64,000 nt of DNA, taken from Pseudomonadota bacterium. Its GTDB lineage: Bacteria > Desulfobacterota > Desulfuromonadia > Geobacterales > Pseudopelobacteraceae. The notes under the pieces were generated by a model. The model was not told where the DNA came from and ran no database searches. It saw only the letters and a list, made by a program, of their open reading frames with translations. Made by a program: the position numbers and the translations under genes. The stretch lies in contig JABBNX010000003.1 in NCBI GenBank assembly GCA_019352135.1, positions 3,149-67,148 of the forward strand, given 5' to 3'. The stretch's first letter is position 1. The number at the start of each line of letters is the position of its first letter. This document shows positions 1 to 9,368 of this stretch, piece by piece.

Positions 1-1
1 A

Positions 2-2191
2 AAGACCGGAACGGCCACGGGTATTGGCGGCTCTTTTGACGGGGTGAGCGCGATCGACGCCAACCCAATCAAGAACAACACAATGAGCGGCACCGGTCAA
101 ACCTACAACCTGACAGCGCCTGACGCTGGTAACAGTGGTGGGTTATTTTGGACATCATTCAAGAAGATTGCCGACAACGGCACGGGCACGATCGCGACGA
201 CCGATGGTCAGACGTACAACCTGACAGGTGCCAACGCAGGGAGCGTGGACAAGCTGTTGCCGGGTGGCTACACGAATATAGGCAATCTTACAGATACCGG
301 CGCAGGAGACTTCAAGTTTGGACCTGCCGGCGGAGTCTCCGGTAATATTAATGCGGCTAGTGGCACATTGGATTACACGGGTCGCAATGCCGATGTAGAC
401 ATTAACCTGGCTGGTACCGCCAAAAGTACCACCGGCATTGGCGGCGCTTGGAGCGGTATTGCCAATATAATCGGCAGTAGCGGGGCTGCGGACACGATGG
501 GCGGTATTAATACGACCTACAACCTGACTGGGCCCAATGCCGGCAACAGCAACGGGGTTTCCTGGACCTCGTTTGAGAACCTGCATGATACGGCTGCCGG
601 AATATTTAAGTTTGCAGATGCAGGTCGCGTATCGGGTGGAGTCATTGCAAATGGCGGCACGCTTGACTATTCTGACATCACGGGACCGGTCACGGTTGAT
701 CTGACCGCGCATAAGGCTCCCGGCATAGACGGCACCTGGAACGGCATTACAACGGTGGCCGGCAGCATACACTCCGATACGATCACCGGAAGCAACCAGA
801 CGTACAACCTGACCGGCGTCGACACGGGTAATAACGGCAGCACCAGCTGGAGTTCATTCGAAAATATCACCGGCGTGGCCGGAACCAATTCATACAGCGG
901 AGCCGTCGGGTCGCTTCTCTCCGGCGCGATTATCGACACCGGCAGTGGCGTAACCGTACAGGGAAATATACAGACCGGGGGGGAGCAGAGCTATTTAGGT
1001 CCGGTAAAGCTGGCAGCTGCGACAACCCTAACCTCAACCGGTTCCGGCGCCATTACCTTTGCCCGTACTGTGGCTAGTGACTCCACTCCCCGTGACCTTA
1101 CGGTTGGCACCTCCGGCGTGACGACATTCAATGGAGCCGTTGGAGCTACACCCCTGAATAGTCTGACCGTAAACCCCGGAGGCACGACCCATATCAACGG
1201 AGGTTCGGTCACTACGAGCGGCGCAGCCGGGCAAACGTACAACAATGCTGTCGTCCTTGGCGACGGCACCATACTAAACGCCGGTCCCGGCGCAATTACC
1301 GAGGGGAGCAGTGCCTCGCTGACCACAGCCGGGCTTCTGACCACGCTGTCAGGCAGCGGTCAAAACCTCGTCGGCAACGGAACCAACTCGGTTGCCGCTT
1401 TCAATGCCACCAACACCACCAGTGGCGACATTAACCTGACAAACCGTTCGCCACTGTTGACCATTACCGGCATTAACCAGACCGGCGGCGGATTGAGCAT
1501 CACAAACAGCGGGGCGATTACCAGTTCCGCACCCCTGACGGTTACCGGGGCGACCACTATCACCGCTGCCGGCCATTCGGTTACCCTGACCGATGCCGAT
1601 AATGATTTCAGCGGTTCCGTCACCGTAACAGCCGCAGCAACCGACATAAACGACCGGAACGATCTGACCGCCGTTCTCAATACGACCGGCCCGACAACCC
1701 TGACCGCCGGTGCGGATATGACTCTGTCCGGGACCAGTACCGATTCGGTCTCGGCAACTGCCGTTGATACGGTGACGCTATCCAACCCGGCTGCATCGAT
1801 ACTGCATATAACCGGCGCAACCATTGACGGGACCATGGACAATTCCAGTCCGATTGACCTTACGACAACGAGCCGTCAGACTCCCATTACCGTCAATCTG
1901 ACCGGAGGCCTCCCGTTCCTCACGTACGCCGGTGATGTTAAAACGAACATCCAGAGTTTAGGTACGTATAACGGCGCCGTTATTATGGGCACTGAACTGG
2001 ATCATTACAAAGCGACGATAGATGTGAAAGCAGCGACAACAGCTTTGATTGTTGCCACTGAAAGGATGGGAGTTTTGGGAATGCTGGCGCGTTTCGATGA
2101 ATACTTCAACATCGCGCCAATGGAGTCGATCATCGATGATACGGGGGCGTTTATTGCTCCTGAGGCGGAGCCGACATTAATTGATCGCTAA
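2..2191 (+). CDS. Large repeat-rich secreted/surface (adhesin-like) protein, C-terminal part; the 5' end lies upstream of the window
   Basis: The frame is open from nt 2: KTGTATGIGGSFDG precedes the listed GTG at 44 and already matches the internal GIGGAWSG / GIDGTWNG repeat segment. The product is Thr/Gly/Asn/Ser-rich with no Cys in 715 aa. Roughly 95-aa modules read QTYNLTGxNAGN..W.SFEN...G.FKF..AG.VSG.I.A.GTLDY. They are followed by degenerate TLTSTGSGAITF / LTVGTSGVTTFNG / LTVTGATTITA beta-helix-like repeats, as in filamentous-haemagglutinin-type proteins. Confidence 0.6.
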   Translation, partial: KTGTATGIGGSFDGVSAIDANPIKNNTMSGTGQTYNLTAPDAGNSGGLFWTSFKKIADNGTGTIATTDGQTYNLTGANAGSVDKLLPGGYTNIGNLTDTGAGDFKFGPAGGVSGNINAASGTLDYTGRNADVDINLAGTAKSTTGIGGAWSGIANIIGSSGAADTMGGINTTYNLTGPNAGNSNGVSWTSFENLHDTAAGIFKFADAGRVSGGVIANGGTLDYSDITGPVTVDLTAHKAPGIDGTWNGITTVAGSIHSDTITGSNQTYNLTGVDTGNNGSTSWSSFENITGVAGTNSYSGAVGSLLSGAIIDTGSGVTVQGNIQTGGEQSYLGPVKLAAATTLTSTGSGAITFARTVASDSTPRDLTVGTSGVTTFNGAVGATPLNSLTVNPGGTTHINGGSVTTSGAAGQTYNNAVVLGDGTILNAGPGAITEGSSASLTTAGLLTTLSGSGQNLVGNGTNSVAAFNATNTTSGDINLTNRSPLLTITGINQTGGGLSITNSGAITSSAPLTVTGATTITAAGHSVTLTDADNDFSGSVTVTAAATDINDRNDLTAVLNTTGPTTLTAGADMTLSGTSTDSVSATAVDTVTLSNPAASILHITGATIDGTMDNSSPIDLTTTSRQTPITVNLTGGLPFLTYAGDVKTNIQSLGTYNGAVIMGTELDHYKATIDVKAATTALIVATERMGVLGMLARFDEYFNIAPMESIIDDTGAFIAPEAEPTLIDR
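98..900 (+). repeat. Intragenic tandem repeats, anchored by (C/A)A(G/A)ACNTACAACCTGAC = (Q/T)TYNLT
   Basis: The anchor motif recurs at about 98, 209, 514 and 797 at the DNA level (spacings about 110, 305 and 285 nt). The protein segments that follow are similar: NAGNS..W.SFEN, GxFKF, GTLDY. Confidence 0.6.
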
Positions 2192-2197
2192 TTGAAA

Positions 2198-2221
2198 CAC
2201 CGCGCCGGAACCGGTGCGGTG
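2198..2221. terminator. Hairpin between convergent genes (possible bidirectional terminator)
   Basis: CACCGCGCCGG-AA-CCGGTGCGGTG forms an 11-bp stem with one G-T pair. It lies between the stop of the repeat protein (2191) and the stop of ispF (2236). There is no clear U-tract. Confidence 0.35.
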
Positions 2222-2235
2222 TAGTGAATGGCCTG

Positions 2236-2712
2236 TTACCCTTTTGGCAGCATAAGTACCACCGCATGGGCGGAGATGCCTTCCCCCGACCCGGTAAAGC
2301 CAAGTCCTTCCTCGGTGGTCGCCTTAACGTTTACCTGTCCGGCAGAGGCGTGCGCCACCCGGGCAATATTTTCCCGCATTGCCTGAATGTGGGGCGCCAT
2401 CTTGGGCATCTGGGCGATTATGGTGGCATCCAGATTACCCAGTTTAAACCCGCGTTCATCGGCCAGGCGCACGACATGCGCCAGCAGCTTCAGGCTGTCG
2501 GCCCCTTTGTAGGCGGGATCGCTATCGGGAAAATGCCTGCCGATATCCCCTTCCCCGATCGCCCCGAGAATACCGTCGGCAATGGCATGCAGCAGCACGT
2601 CGGCGTCGGAATGACCGAGCAACCCTTTCTCCCACGGGATGTCCACTCCTCCCATAATCAGCTTTCTTCCCTCAACCAGACGGTGGACGTCGTAGCCGTG
2701 ACCAATGCGCAT
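2236..2712 (-). CDS. ispF: 2-C-methyl-D-erythritol 2,4-cyclodiphosphate synthase
   Basis: 158 aa. [12 protein letters not shown]...[12 protein letters not shown]...[11 protein letters not shown] matches IspF over its full length. Confidence 0.95.
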   Translation of the reverse strand: MRIGHGYDVHRLVEGRKLIMGGVDIPWEKGLLGHSDADVLLHAIADGILGAIGEGDIGRHFPDSDPAYKGADSLKLLAHVVRLADERGFKLGNLDATIIAQMPKMAPHIQAMRENIARVAHASAGQVNVKATTEEGLGFTGSGEGISAHAVVLMLPKG

Positions 2713-2724
2713 AATCAGTTCCTT

Positions 2725-3762
2725 TTACTCTTCCGCTTTCAGATCCCGCGCCATCAGTTCTATAACCGCCTCGCGGGCCGGTTTGCCTTCGTGGAGAATC
2801 TGGTAGGTCTTCTCCACGATCGGCATATCCACACCCAGACGGAGGGCCAACTGATAGACCGATTCAGCACTCTTTACCCCTTCAGCCACCATGCGCATTT
2901 CGGCGAGAATATCTGCCAGCTTCATCCCCTGGCCAAGCTTGAACCCGACCGTACGATTGCGGGAAAGGTCTCCGGTGCAGGTCAGCACCAGATCGCCCAT
3001 GCCGGCCAGACCGGCAAAGGTGGCGGCCTGTGCCCCCATCGCCTGCCCGAGGCGATTCATTTCGGCCAGACCGCGAGTGATCAGGGCCGCCCGGGCATTG
3101 TGGCCGAACCCAAGCCCATCACAGATCCCAGCGGCAATGGCGATGACATTTTTGACCGCACCCCCCAGTTCAACACCAATGACATCACTGTTGGTGTAAA
3201 CCCGGAGACAGGGGCAGCTGAAGGCCGCCTGAATACGTTGGGCGGCAGTGAGGTCGCGTGATGCGGCCACGATAAGCGAGGGGAGTTCCTGGGCGACTTC
3301 ACGGGCAAAGGTCGGGCCGGAGAGCGCCACATATCGGGCCAGAGCCGCATCACCGAGCAGTTCTCCGCACGTCTGGGACACCGTCTGCAGTGTTTCGAGC
3401 TCAATCCCTTTGGAAGCATTGGCAATAATCGCCTGCGAAGAGATGTGCGGGGCAAGCTGTTTCAGTACGCCGCGCATTACCTGCACCGGCGTTACCAGCA
3501 AGAGGATGCTCCGCCCGGCCACCGCTTCTTCCAGATTTCCGGTGCAGGTGAGAGCAGGCGGCAGGGCAATGCCGGGAAGATACGCCGTGTTGGTGTGGCA
3601 GGTAGTGATCTCCGTCACCAGTTCCGGTTCATAGGCCCACAGCACCGTGTCGTTACCGTTGGCTGCCAGACGCCCAGCCAGAGCGGTCCCCCAGCTGCCG
3701 CCGCCGATAACTGCAACCCGTTCACTGCCAGCCGCCGTATCAGTCGTCAAATTCATCGTCAT
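2725..3762 (-). CDS. gpsA: NAD(P)H-dependent glycerol-3-phosphate dehydrogenase
   Basis: Rossmann motif VAVIGGGSWGTALA and GpsA-like sequence throughout. The listed ORF starts at 3819, but that extension overlaps the upstream gene, so I moved the start to ATG 3762 (MTMNL..). ATG 3756 is an alternative. Confidence 0.9.
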   Translation of the reverse strand: MTMNLTTDTAAGSERVAVIGGGSWGTALAGRLAANGNDTVLWAYEPELVTEITTCHTNTAYLPGIALPPALTCTGNLEEAVAGRSILLLVTPVQVMRGVLKQLAPHISSQAIIANASKGIELETLQTVSQTCGELLGDAALARYVALSGPTFAREVAQELPSLIVAASRDLTAAQRIQAAFSCPCLRVYTNSDVIGVELGGAVKNVIAIAAGICDGLGFGHNARAALITRGLAEMNRLGQAMGAQAATFAGLAGMGDLVLTCTGDLSRNRTVGFKLGQGMKLADILAEMRMVAEGVKSAESVYQLALRLGVDMPIVEKTYQILHEGKPAREAVIELMARDLKAEE

Positions 3763-5329
3763 CAAACCCTTCCTCCAGGCGCGGATCATACCCCTCAGCC
3801 AGCGTTTGCCGGGCGGCATCCACGCTATCCAACAACAGGCGACGGATGAACGGGTGGCGACAATCAGGCAAAAAACCGCCGACGAGGCTTAAGGCAGTTG
3901 CCAGCGTTCGTTGCACCGTGCTTTCATCAGCTTCAATCTGCTGCAGGTAATCTGCAGTCAGCAGCAGCCGCTTGATGATCTCGGCACGCCGCGGCACAAT
4001 CAGCTCTTCACAGCAGCGGGAAATCTCTCCCTCCAGAGCCTCCGGAGACATGGAATCCGTCCCGCCATCGGTTTCCAGGGCTTTGAAACGGTCAGCCGCG
4101 TCGTAGAGCGCTGCTTCGGTAAGCACCCATCCCTCAAGGCCCGGCTGGTCGAGCAGTTCGTTGCTGGTGGCAACATAGCCCGGAATCTTTTCCACAATAT
4201 CTTCCAGATGTTTGAGCTTGAACCGCGGAATGTATGCTTCCGGCTTGAGTGCATCAGGACGGAAGAGACGCATGTCGACATAGAAGTCGGGGGGGAGGTA
4301 AAAGCCTCCCTCGCGGCTGAGGTGGAGAGCATCGCGGAGCGAAGCCAGGGCATAATCGGCTTCAACCGGCGTCAGCATCTCACCGCCGGCCACATCTTTC
4401 AAAATATGGCCGTACTCCTTTTCATCCTTCATGCGATAGCTGATGGCGTTCAATATGCCATCAGTCTCACCGGTCAGGATCAGCATGGCGGCAAACGCCT
4501 CATCATCAAGCCGCCAGGAAAACCAGAGCGTGCGGGAGCCATAGAAATCGACCGGACCGGCATAGACCTCATGGAAGGGGAGCGGCTGCTGGAAGGAATG
4601 CGGCAATGCCGCAACATCACGGATTCCGGTGAATGCAAGCCGGCGGATGCTGCGCTGGATCAAGGCCGCCAATTCCCCCTCAAAGCGCGGTTCGGCACGC
4701 ATGAGAACATCGAGGGAATAGCCACTTCTCGTGCGCCCGAGGGCACGTATCGCTCCGCGCACGATCTCGTCTTTTTCGAACGAGAGCAGAATCTCCAGGA
4801 GGGCCACCGCTTCAGCGGAGGCATTATCGGCAAGCCGCTGCATCATCCGCTCGCGAAACTCATCGGCCATATCAAGAAAACTGTCAACGAATCGTACCAG
4901 ACCGCGCTCACCATCGCCGAGGCAGTCGTCAGCAAAGCCTTCCAGCGTCGGGGAGCCATAACCGGTCATGACGGCAAAGGGAGGGGCCGTCACGTCGATG
5001 CCGCTGTCATGTAGGACATCCAGCAGCGCCAGCTTGCCGTCTTCCTCCAGATCCTTGCGCTGCAACGTGATCTGGATCAGTTGATCCATCCAGGCCGAGG
5101 CGTCAAAAAAATCGAGCATGCAGGTGTAGCGGTAGAGGGCGGTACCGTTCTGCTCGCGCCAGAGTTTGCGCACGAGCGGTGAAAGCGCCCGTTTGCCGGA
5201 CTTTTGCAGTCTCCGGCCGATGCGCTCCATCTGCTCGCCGGTCAAGTCATCCCGCTTGAGAAAGTCCAGCAACCGGTTGATGCGGCGCCGTTCACGCAGG
5301 GTTTTGTCAAGTTTCATCACCATCGTCAT
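3740..5329 (-). CDS. Hypothetical protein, 529 aa, with an acidic C-terminal tail (EEGFDDDEFDD)
   Basis: Long ORF on the same strand as its neighbours. Its stop overlaps the gpsA start by about 20 nt. I recognise no motif. The 367-aa antisense ORF (3911-5014) looks like a high-GC artefact. Confidence 0.6.
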   Translation of the reverse strand: MTMVMKLDKTLRERRRINRLLDFLKRDDLTGEQMERIGRRLQKSGKRALSPLVRKLWREQNGTALYRYTCMLDFFDASAWMDQLIQITLQRKDLEEDGKLALLDVLHDSGIDVTAPPFAVMTGYGSPTLEGFADDCLGDGERGLVRFVDSFLDMADEFRERMMQRLADNASAEAVALLEILLSFEKDEIVRGAIRALGRTRSGYSLDVLMRAEPRFEGELAALIQRSIRRLAFTGIRDVAALPHSFQQPLPFHEVYAGPVDFYGSRTLWFSWRLDDEAFAAMLILTGETDGILNAISYRMKDEKEYGHILKDVAGGEMLTPVEADYALASLRDALHLSREGGFYLPPDFYVDMRLFRPDALKPEAYIPRFKLKHLEDIVEKIPGYVATSNELLDQPGLEGWVLTEAALYDAADRFKALETDGGTDSMSPEALEGEISRCCEELIVPRRAEIIKRLLLTADYLQQIEADESTVQRTLATALSLVGGFLPDCRHPFIRRLLLDSVDAARQTLAEGYDPRLEEGFDDDEFDD

Positions 5330-5450
5330 GTTGTTTAGATCGCCTCAAAAACTTCTTAAATTGGGGGCTCAGTTTATCACACGAACCGTATGAAGGCAAT
5401 GGCAGGAAGAGGTGAATACACTAAACCGTTCCTTACAAATGAACAAAAAA

Positions 5451-8006
5451 CTATTCCGCCTGATCGCATGGTGGACCGCGGCGCCGGATGAGCAGAACCA
5501 TCACGGCCGGCAATGTCACCAGCGCAAACAGGGCCGTAAATCCAACCCCGAAATTGGTGGCCCAGCCGATCGAGGCCAGTGCGGGGTAATCGGCTAACGC
5601 CAGGGAACCGAAGCCGGCGATGGTGGTAAGCGCCGAGAGCAGCACTGCACGCCCCGCCTGGATGAAGCGGGATTCTCTGTCATAACTATCCACGGTTTCT
5701 ACGCGGTGACGGACGTGCATGCCATAATCGCTCCCCATGCCGATAATCGTCACCAGCACCATGGCGTTCATGAAATTGAGCCCCATCCCGGACAGCGCCA
5801 TGGTCCCCAGCATTGCCAGTGAGCCGGCGATGACCGGGAACATGGAGTAAAAGATCCCGTCGGGCGATTTAAAATGGGCCAGGAGCAGAAACAGTACCAA
5901 AAGACCGCCGATCAGGAAACTCCAGAGAAAACTGTTCTTGACCGAAGCGGCCAGCTGCGAGCTTACCAGGTCGACACTGGTAACCCGCGCCGCGGGGTCG
6001 ATGCCGGCCAGTTCGCGCAGAAACGCGGCCTGGTCGAAACCGGTATTCTTGTAGTACAGGTACAGGAGCGCGTGGTAACCGGACGCATCCTTGACCAGGT
6101 GGCGATCCACAACCCCCCGCAGCGGTGAGGCCTTCAGGCGGGCGACCGCCTCTTCCTCGGGCACCGGCGTCATGGCGCTCCCCGCAGAGAGCGCGGCAAT
6201 GAACGGCTGAAATGGCCCCGGCTCGAACCCCTGCCTGTTCAGGGCGGCGTTCAGGCCCGCAAGCGGCAACTTCCCGCCCGTGCCGGCGGAAATGGCCCGA
6301 CTGACCTCACGCTGCCGGTCCCGGTTATTAATTATCTGCCCCAGCGAGGACCAGCTGCTGATGCTTCCCCTGCTCTGCCACCTTCGGGCGAGCCCGTCCA
6401 GACGTGCCGCACGGTGCAGCACCTCCGCCAGGTCCTTCCCGTCCACCGCCACCAGCAGCTGCTTTGGCGCCAGGCTCAGATGACGCTCGATCTTCTCCTG
6501 AGCCAGAAAGGCCTCGGAGTGCCGCGGCTGCAGATTTTTAAGCTCGCCGTCGAAGAAGGTTCGGCTGGAGGCCGCAGCCATGAAGATGATTATCAGAATT
6601 GAGATCGCCACCACCGCACGGGGGAAGCGTCCGGTCAGACGCCAGACGCGGCGCAGGCCAAGCTCCGGTATCGGACGGTAACTGGCGGGAAAGCGGCGTT
6701 CCATGTAGACCAGCAACGGCGGCAGAAAGAAAAGGGTTGTATAGAGCGAAAAAACCACCCCCAGTCCGACCAACAGGCCCAGCTCATAGAGGGCGCGCAC
6801 ATCGGAAATCATCAGGGCAAAAAACGGCACCGCCGTGGTGGTGGCAGCGGTAAAAAGCCTGTGGCCGGTGTCGACAACTGCCAGGTGCAGCGCCTCGTCC
6901 GCTCCTCTGCCGGCCGCTCGTTCACTGTGAAAACGGTCGTAGAGATGGATCGAATAGTCGGTCCCGAGGCCGATGATCAGCGCCATAAAGGCAAAAGAGA
7001 TGATGTGGATCGAGGGGAGCAGCAGCCCGGCGACTCCGAGCGCCAGCGCTACGCCGGCAGCGATGATCAGCGGCAGCAGCAGCGTGGGAAGGATGCGGCG
7101 GTAGACCAGATAAAAGATCGCCAGCACTACCGCCAGCGAAGAGAGGATGCAGGCGAGAATATTGGACTTCATTACCGCTTCATCCAGCACCGCGCTGATA
7201 TGGGCTCCGGCACAGGAAATGGCGACCTTTGACCCCTGACGTGCCGTGTTGATGCTCGCCACCAGGGCGCGGGCAAAGGCCATGTCCTGCACCGGCCGGG
7301 CCGGTTCGGCGATCATGATCAGCACTTTGCCGTCCCGGGAAATGAAGTAGGGTGAGGCGGGGTCCAGGTCGAGCGCCTGGCTTGCGGCCTTGAGGCGCGG
7401 CAGGATAAGGTCGCGCAGGTAGAGCGGATCGGCGCTGGCCAGCCCGGTCATGGCGCCGCCGAACTGGCCGGCCAGATCGCCCTGGAGTCGGCGCAGGGAG
7501 TTGTCCATCGAAGCTGGTGTAAAGCGCCGCAGCAGAACGGGGACATCTTCAGGCCCGATAAACAGTTGCGGGCGGGTCACGGCGTAGGCGATGAAGTCAG
7601 TAAAGGCGGCAGCCTCATTTTCGTCAAAAACCCTCCAGGTGATGCGCCGGAAGGCCGGTTTCCCGTCAACCTGCGCCGTACGGAGGCGTTCGGCAAAGCG
7701 TTCGGCCTCGCGGGGAAGCTCTTCCTTCTTCCCTTCCAGCAGGAAATAGGCATCATTGGCGCTGCCGCTCCACTGCAGTGAATCGAGCAGCAGCTTCAAC
7801 GCCGGTTGGCGCGTCGGGAAGAGCTGAAAGATATCGGTGTCGAAACGGGTGGTGGAGATCACCCCGGCCGAGATCAGCAGCGCGAGAAAAAAGACGCACA
7901 GTACGGTCCGGGGCCTGGTGGTCGTGGTCCGAAAGACCCATTCCAGGTGGCGACGAGTGAGGGAATTGAATCGGGATGTCAGACGGGAGACTATTTTTCG
8001 GGGCAT
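5451..8006 (-). CDS. MMPL/RND-superfamily lipid exporter
   Basis: 851 aa with two bundles of hydrophobic helices separated by soluble domains. The duplicated motifs GLGTDYSIHL and GMGSDYGMHV are typical of MMPL-type exporters. It is the last gene of the lipid operon. Confidence 0.85.
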   Translation of the reverse strand: MPRKIVSRLTSRFNSLTRRHLEWVFRTTTTRPRTVLCVFFLALLISAGVISTTRFDTDIFQLFPTRQPALKLLLDSLQWSGSANDAYFLLEGKKEELPREAERFAERLRTAQVDGKPAFRRITWRVFDENEAAAFTDFIAYAVTRPQLFIGPEDVPVLLRRFTPASMDNSLRRLQGDLAGQFGGAMTGLASADPLYLRDLILPRLKAASQALDLDPASPYFISRDGKVLIMIAEPARPVQDMAFARALVASINTARQGSKVAISCAGAHISAVLDEAVMKSNILACILSSLAVVLAIFYLVYRRILPTLLLPLIIAAGVALALGVAGLLLPSIHIISFAFMALIIGLGTDYSIHLYDRFHSERAAGRGADEALHLAVVDTGHRLFTAATTTAVPFFALMISDVRALYELGLLVGLGVVFSLYTTLFFLPPLLVYMERRFPASYRPIPELGLRRVWRLTGRFPRAVVAISILIIIFMAAASSRTFFDGELKNLQPRHSEAFLAQEKIERHLSLAPKQLLVAVDGKDLAEVLHRAARLDGLARRWQSRGSISSWSSLGQIINNRDRQREVSRAISAGTGGKLPLAGLNAALNRQGFEPGPFQPFIAALSAGSAMTPVPEEEAVARLKASPLRGVVDRHLVKDASGYHALLYLYYKNTGFDQAAFLRELAGIDPAARVTSVDLVSSQLAASVKNSFLWSFLIGGLLVLFLLLAHFKSPDGIFYSMFPVIAGSLAMLGTMALSGMGLNFMNAMVLVTIIGMGSDYGMHVRHRVETVDSYDRESRFIQAGRAVLLSALTTIAGFGSLALADYPALASIGWATNFGVGFTALFALVTLPAVMVLLIRRRGPPCDQAE

Positions 8007-8012
8007 CTGGTT

Positions 8013-8711
8013 CTATAATCCCTTGAGGGCGGAAAGGGGCAGGACCGTCAACCCATCAAGATGCGGCACGAACACGGCGTCATCAAGAGGCGTGTTGACC
8101 TCCGGTTCATCAAGCGTTATCCGGATCCGGTCGTCACGCTCGTTGCGCAGATCAAGCTGCGCTGCAACCGGGACACCGTTGACGACGGCATATTTGCTGT
8201 AGCGGACAAGATCGCCGCGGGCGGATTCCTTGGCTGTGATCAGGCCGTTTTCGTACGTTACCTTTTCAGAACATCCGAGCGTACCTGTGCGCTCCACCGT
8301 TCCGTTGATCGGCTGCCCGTCTTTTCCCGGGTCGGCATCCATAACCCAGCGCATCAAGCGCCACCCCTGCAAGCCCCCCTTGTCGGGCAGTTCATCGAAT
8401 CGTCCCACATACGCCGTTGATCGTGACGGATAGATCAGTGTCATGCGGTCCCCAAGGGCAAATGCTTCCATCATCGTCGTACCGAACGGTGAGAGCACCA
8501 CCAGATGGAGCTCATCGGGGCGGCGGAAGAGCAGGTAGCCGCTTCCCCCCATGCTTCCGCTCTGCGCGGCATGGATCGAGAGGGATACGGCGGATGAGAG
8601 CGTACTCATGACAGCCCCCGGGCGGTAGTCGATGGGCGGAGCAGGAACAGTGGCGCAGGCGGTGAGCAGCAGCAACGGCAGCAGATGTTTTACTAATCGA
8701 TACAACGGCAT
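8013..8711 (-). CDS. Lipoprotein, LolB/DUF3261-like by context
   Basis: Signal peptide with lipobox LLLTAC. It sits between the LolA-like gene and the MMPL gene, where aryl-polyene clusters carry a DUF3261 lipoprotein. The start is ATG 8711 (MPLYRL..) or 8729. Confidence 0.65.
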   Translation of the reverse strand: MPLYRLVKHLLPLLLLTACATVPAPPIDYRPGAVMSTLSSAVSLSIHAAQSGSMGGSGYLLFRRPDELHLVVLSPFGTTMMEAFALGDRMTLIYPSRSTAYVGRFDELPDKGGLQGWRLMRWVMDADPGKDGQPINGTVERTGTLGCSEKVTYENGLITAKESARGDLVRYSKYAVVNGVPVAAQLDLRNERDDRIRITLDEPEVNTPLDDAVFVPHLDGLTVLPLSALKGL

Positions 8712-8735
8712 AATATTTTCTTTCCTCATAACAAA

Positions 8736-9368
8736 CTATTCCAGCCGGAAATCCTTCTCCGTCAGGCCGACATTGCGGCGTACTTTTTTCAGGGTCATGG
8801 TGGCCCGGTCGCCGTTTCGTTCATTTATAACAAGCTTTCTGATGGTGCCGTTTCCCAGAAAAACAATGGAAATATCCTTTACCTGCCCTTTACCCTGGGG
8901 AGTGACCGTCAGGGTGTAGACGGAATTGGTCAGGTCAGCCTGGACTGTTACTCCGTCCGGCAGCGACGTGACCGGCGCTGCCAGTTTGGAAAACCACTGT
9001 TTCAGGCCCTGCTCCGGCGGAAGCGCAATTCTGGTGGGAGTCCTGTCTTTGCCTGAAATCTGTTCGATGATAGTGTCCCGCAGCAGCATGCGGCTGTTGA
9101 AGGGCGGGTTTATCTCCATAAAAAACAGATCGGGCTTTTTAAAGCGAAGCGAGCCGCTCATCACCATGGTCCGCTTCATCAGGGAGAGCCGTTTTTCCTG
9201 GGTGATGTCGGCGGTAAAATCGGAAATGCCGGCAAAGCCGCGACGAAAAGCCTCCAGTCCTTCAACAGGAGAGATTGTACGGGCAGAGCAGGGGGAGGTA
9301 GTCAGCAGGAGCGCCACCAGCAGAAAGAATAGCTGACGGAACGCTTTTACCTGATTAATTGACTTCAT
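8736..9368 (-). CDS. LolA-like periplasmic lipid/lipoprotein carrier
   Basis: 210 aa with an N-terminal signal peptide (..LLLTTSPCSA). F.A.F.Q........SG.L...KP..F... is a LolA-like pattern. ATGA overlap with the upstream dehydratase gene. Confidence 0.7.
   Translation of the reverse strand: MKSINQVKAFRQLFFLLVALLLTTSPCSARTISPVEGLEAFRRGFAGISDFTADITQEKRLSLMKRTMVMSGSLRFKKPDLFFMEINPPFNSRMLLRDTIIEQISGKDRTPTRIALPPEQGLKQWFSKLAAPVTSLPDGVTVQADLTNSVYTLTVTPQGKGQVKDISIVFLGNGTIRKLVINERNGDRATMTLKKVRRNVGLTEKDFRLE

Noticed and set aside
2224-3261. 345-aa plus-strand ORF
   Set aside because: It is entirely antisense to ispF and gpsA, both of which have unmistakable motifs. Its Gly/Pro/His/Arg-rich, low-complexity translation is typical of shadow ORFs in GC-rich DNA.
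3911-5014. 367-aa plus-strand ORF
   Set aside because: It is antisense to the 529-aa minus-strand gene that is translationally coupled to gpsA. It has no motif and an Arg/Gly/His-rich composition. I treat it as a shadow ORF, though neither strand has a recognisable family.
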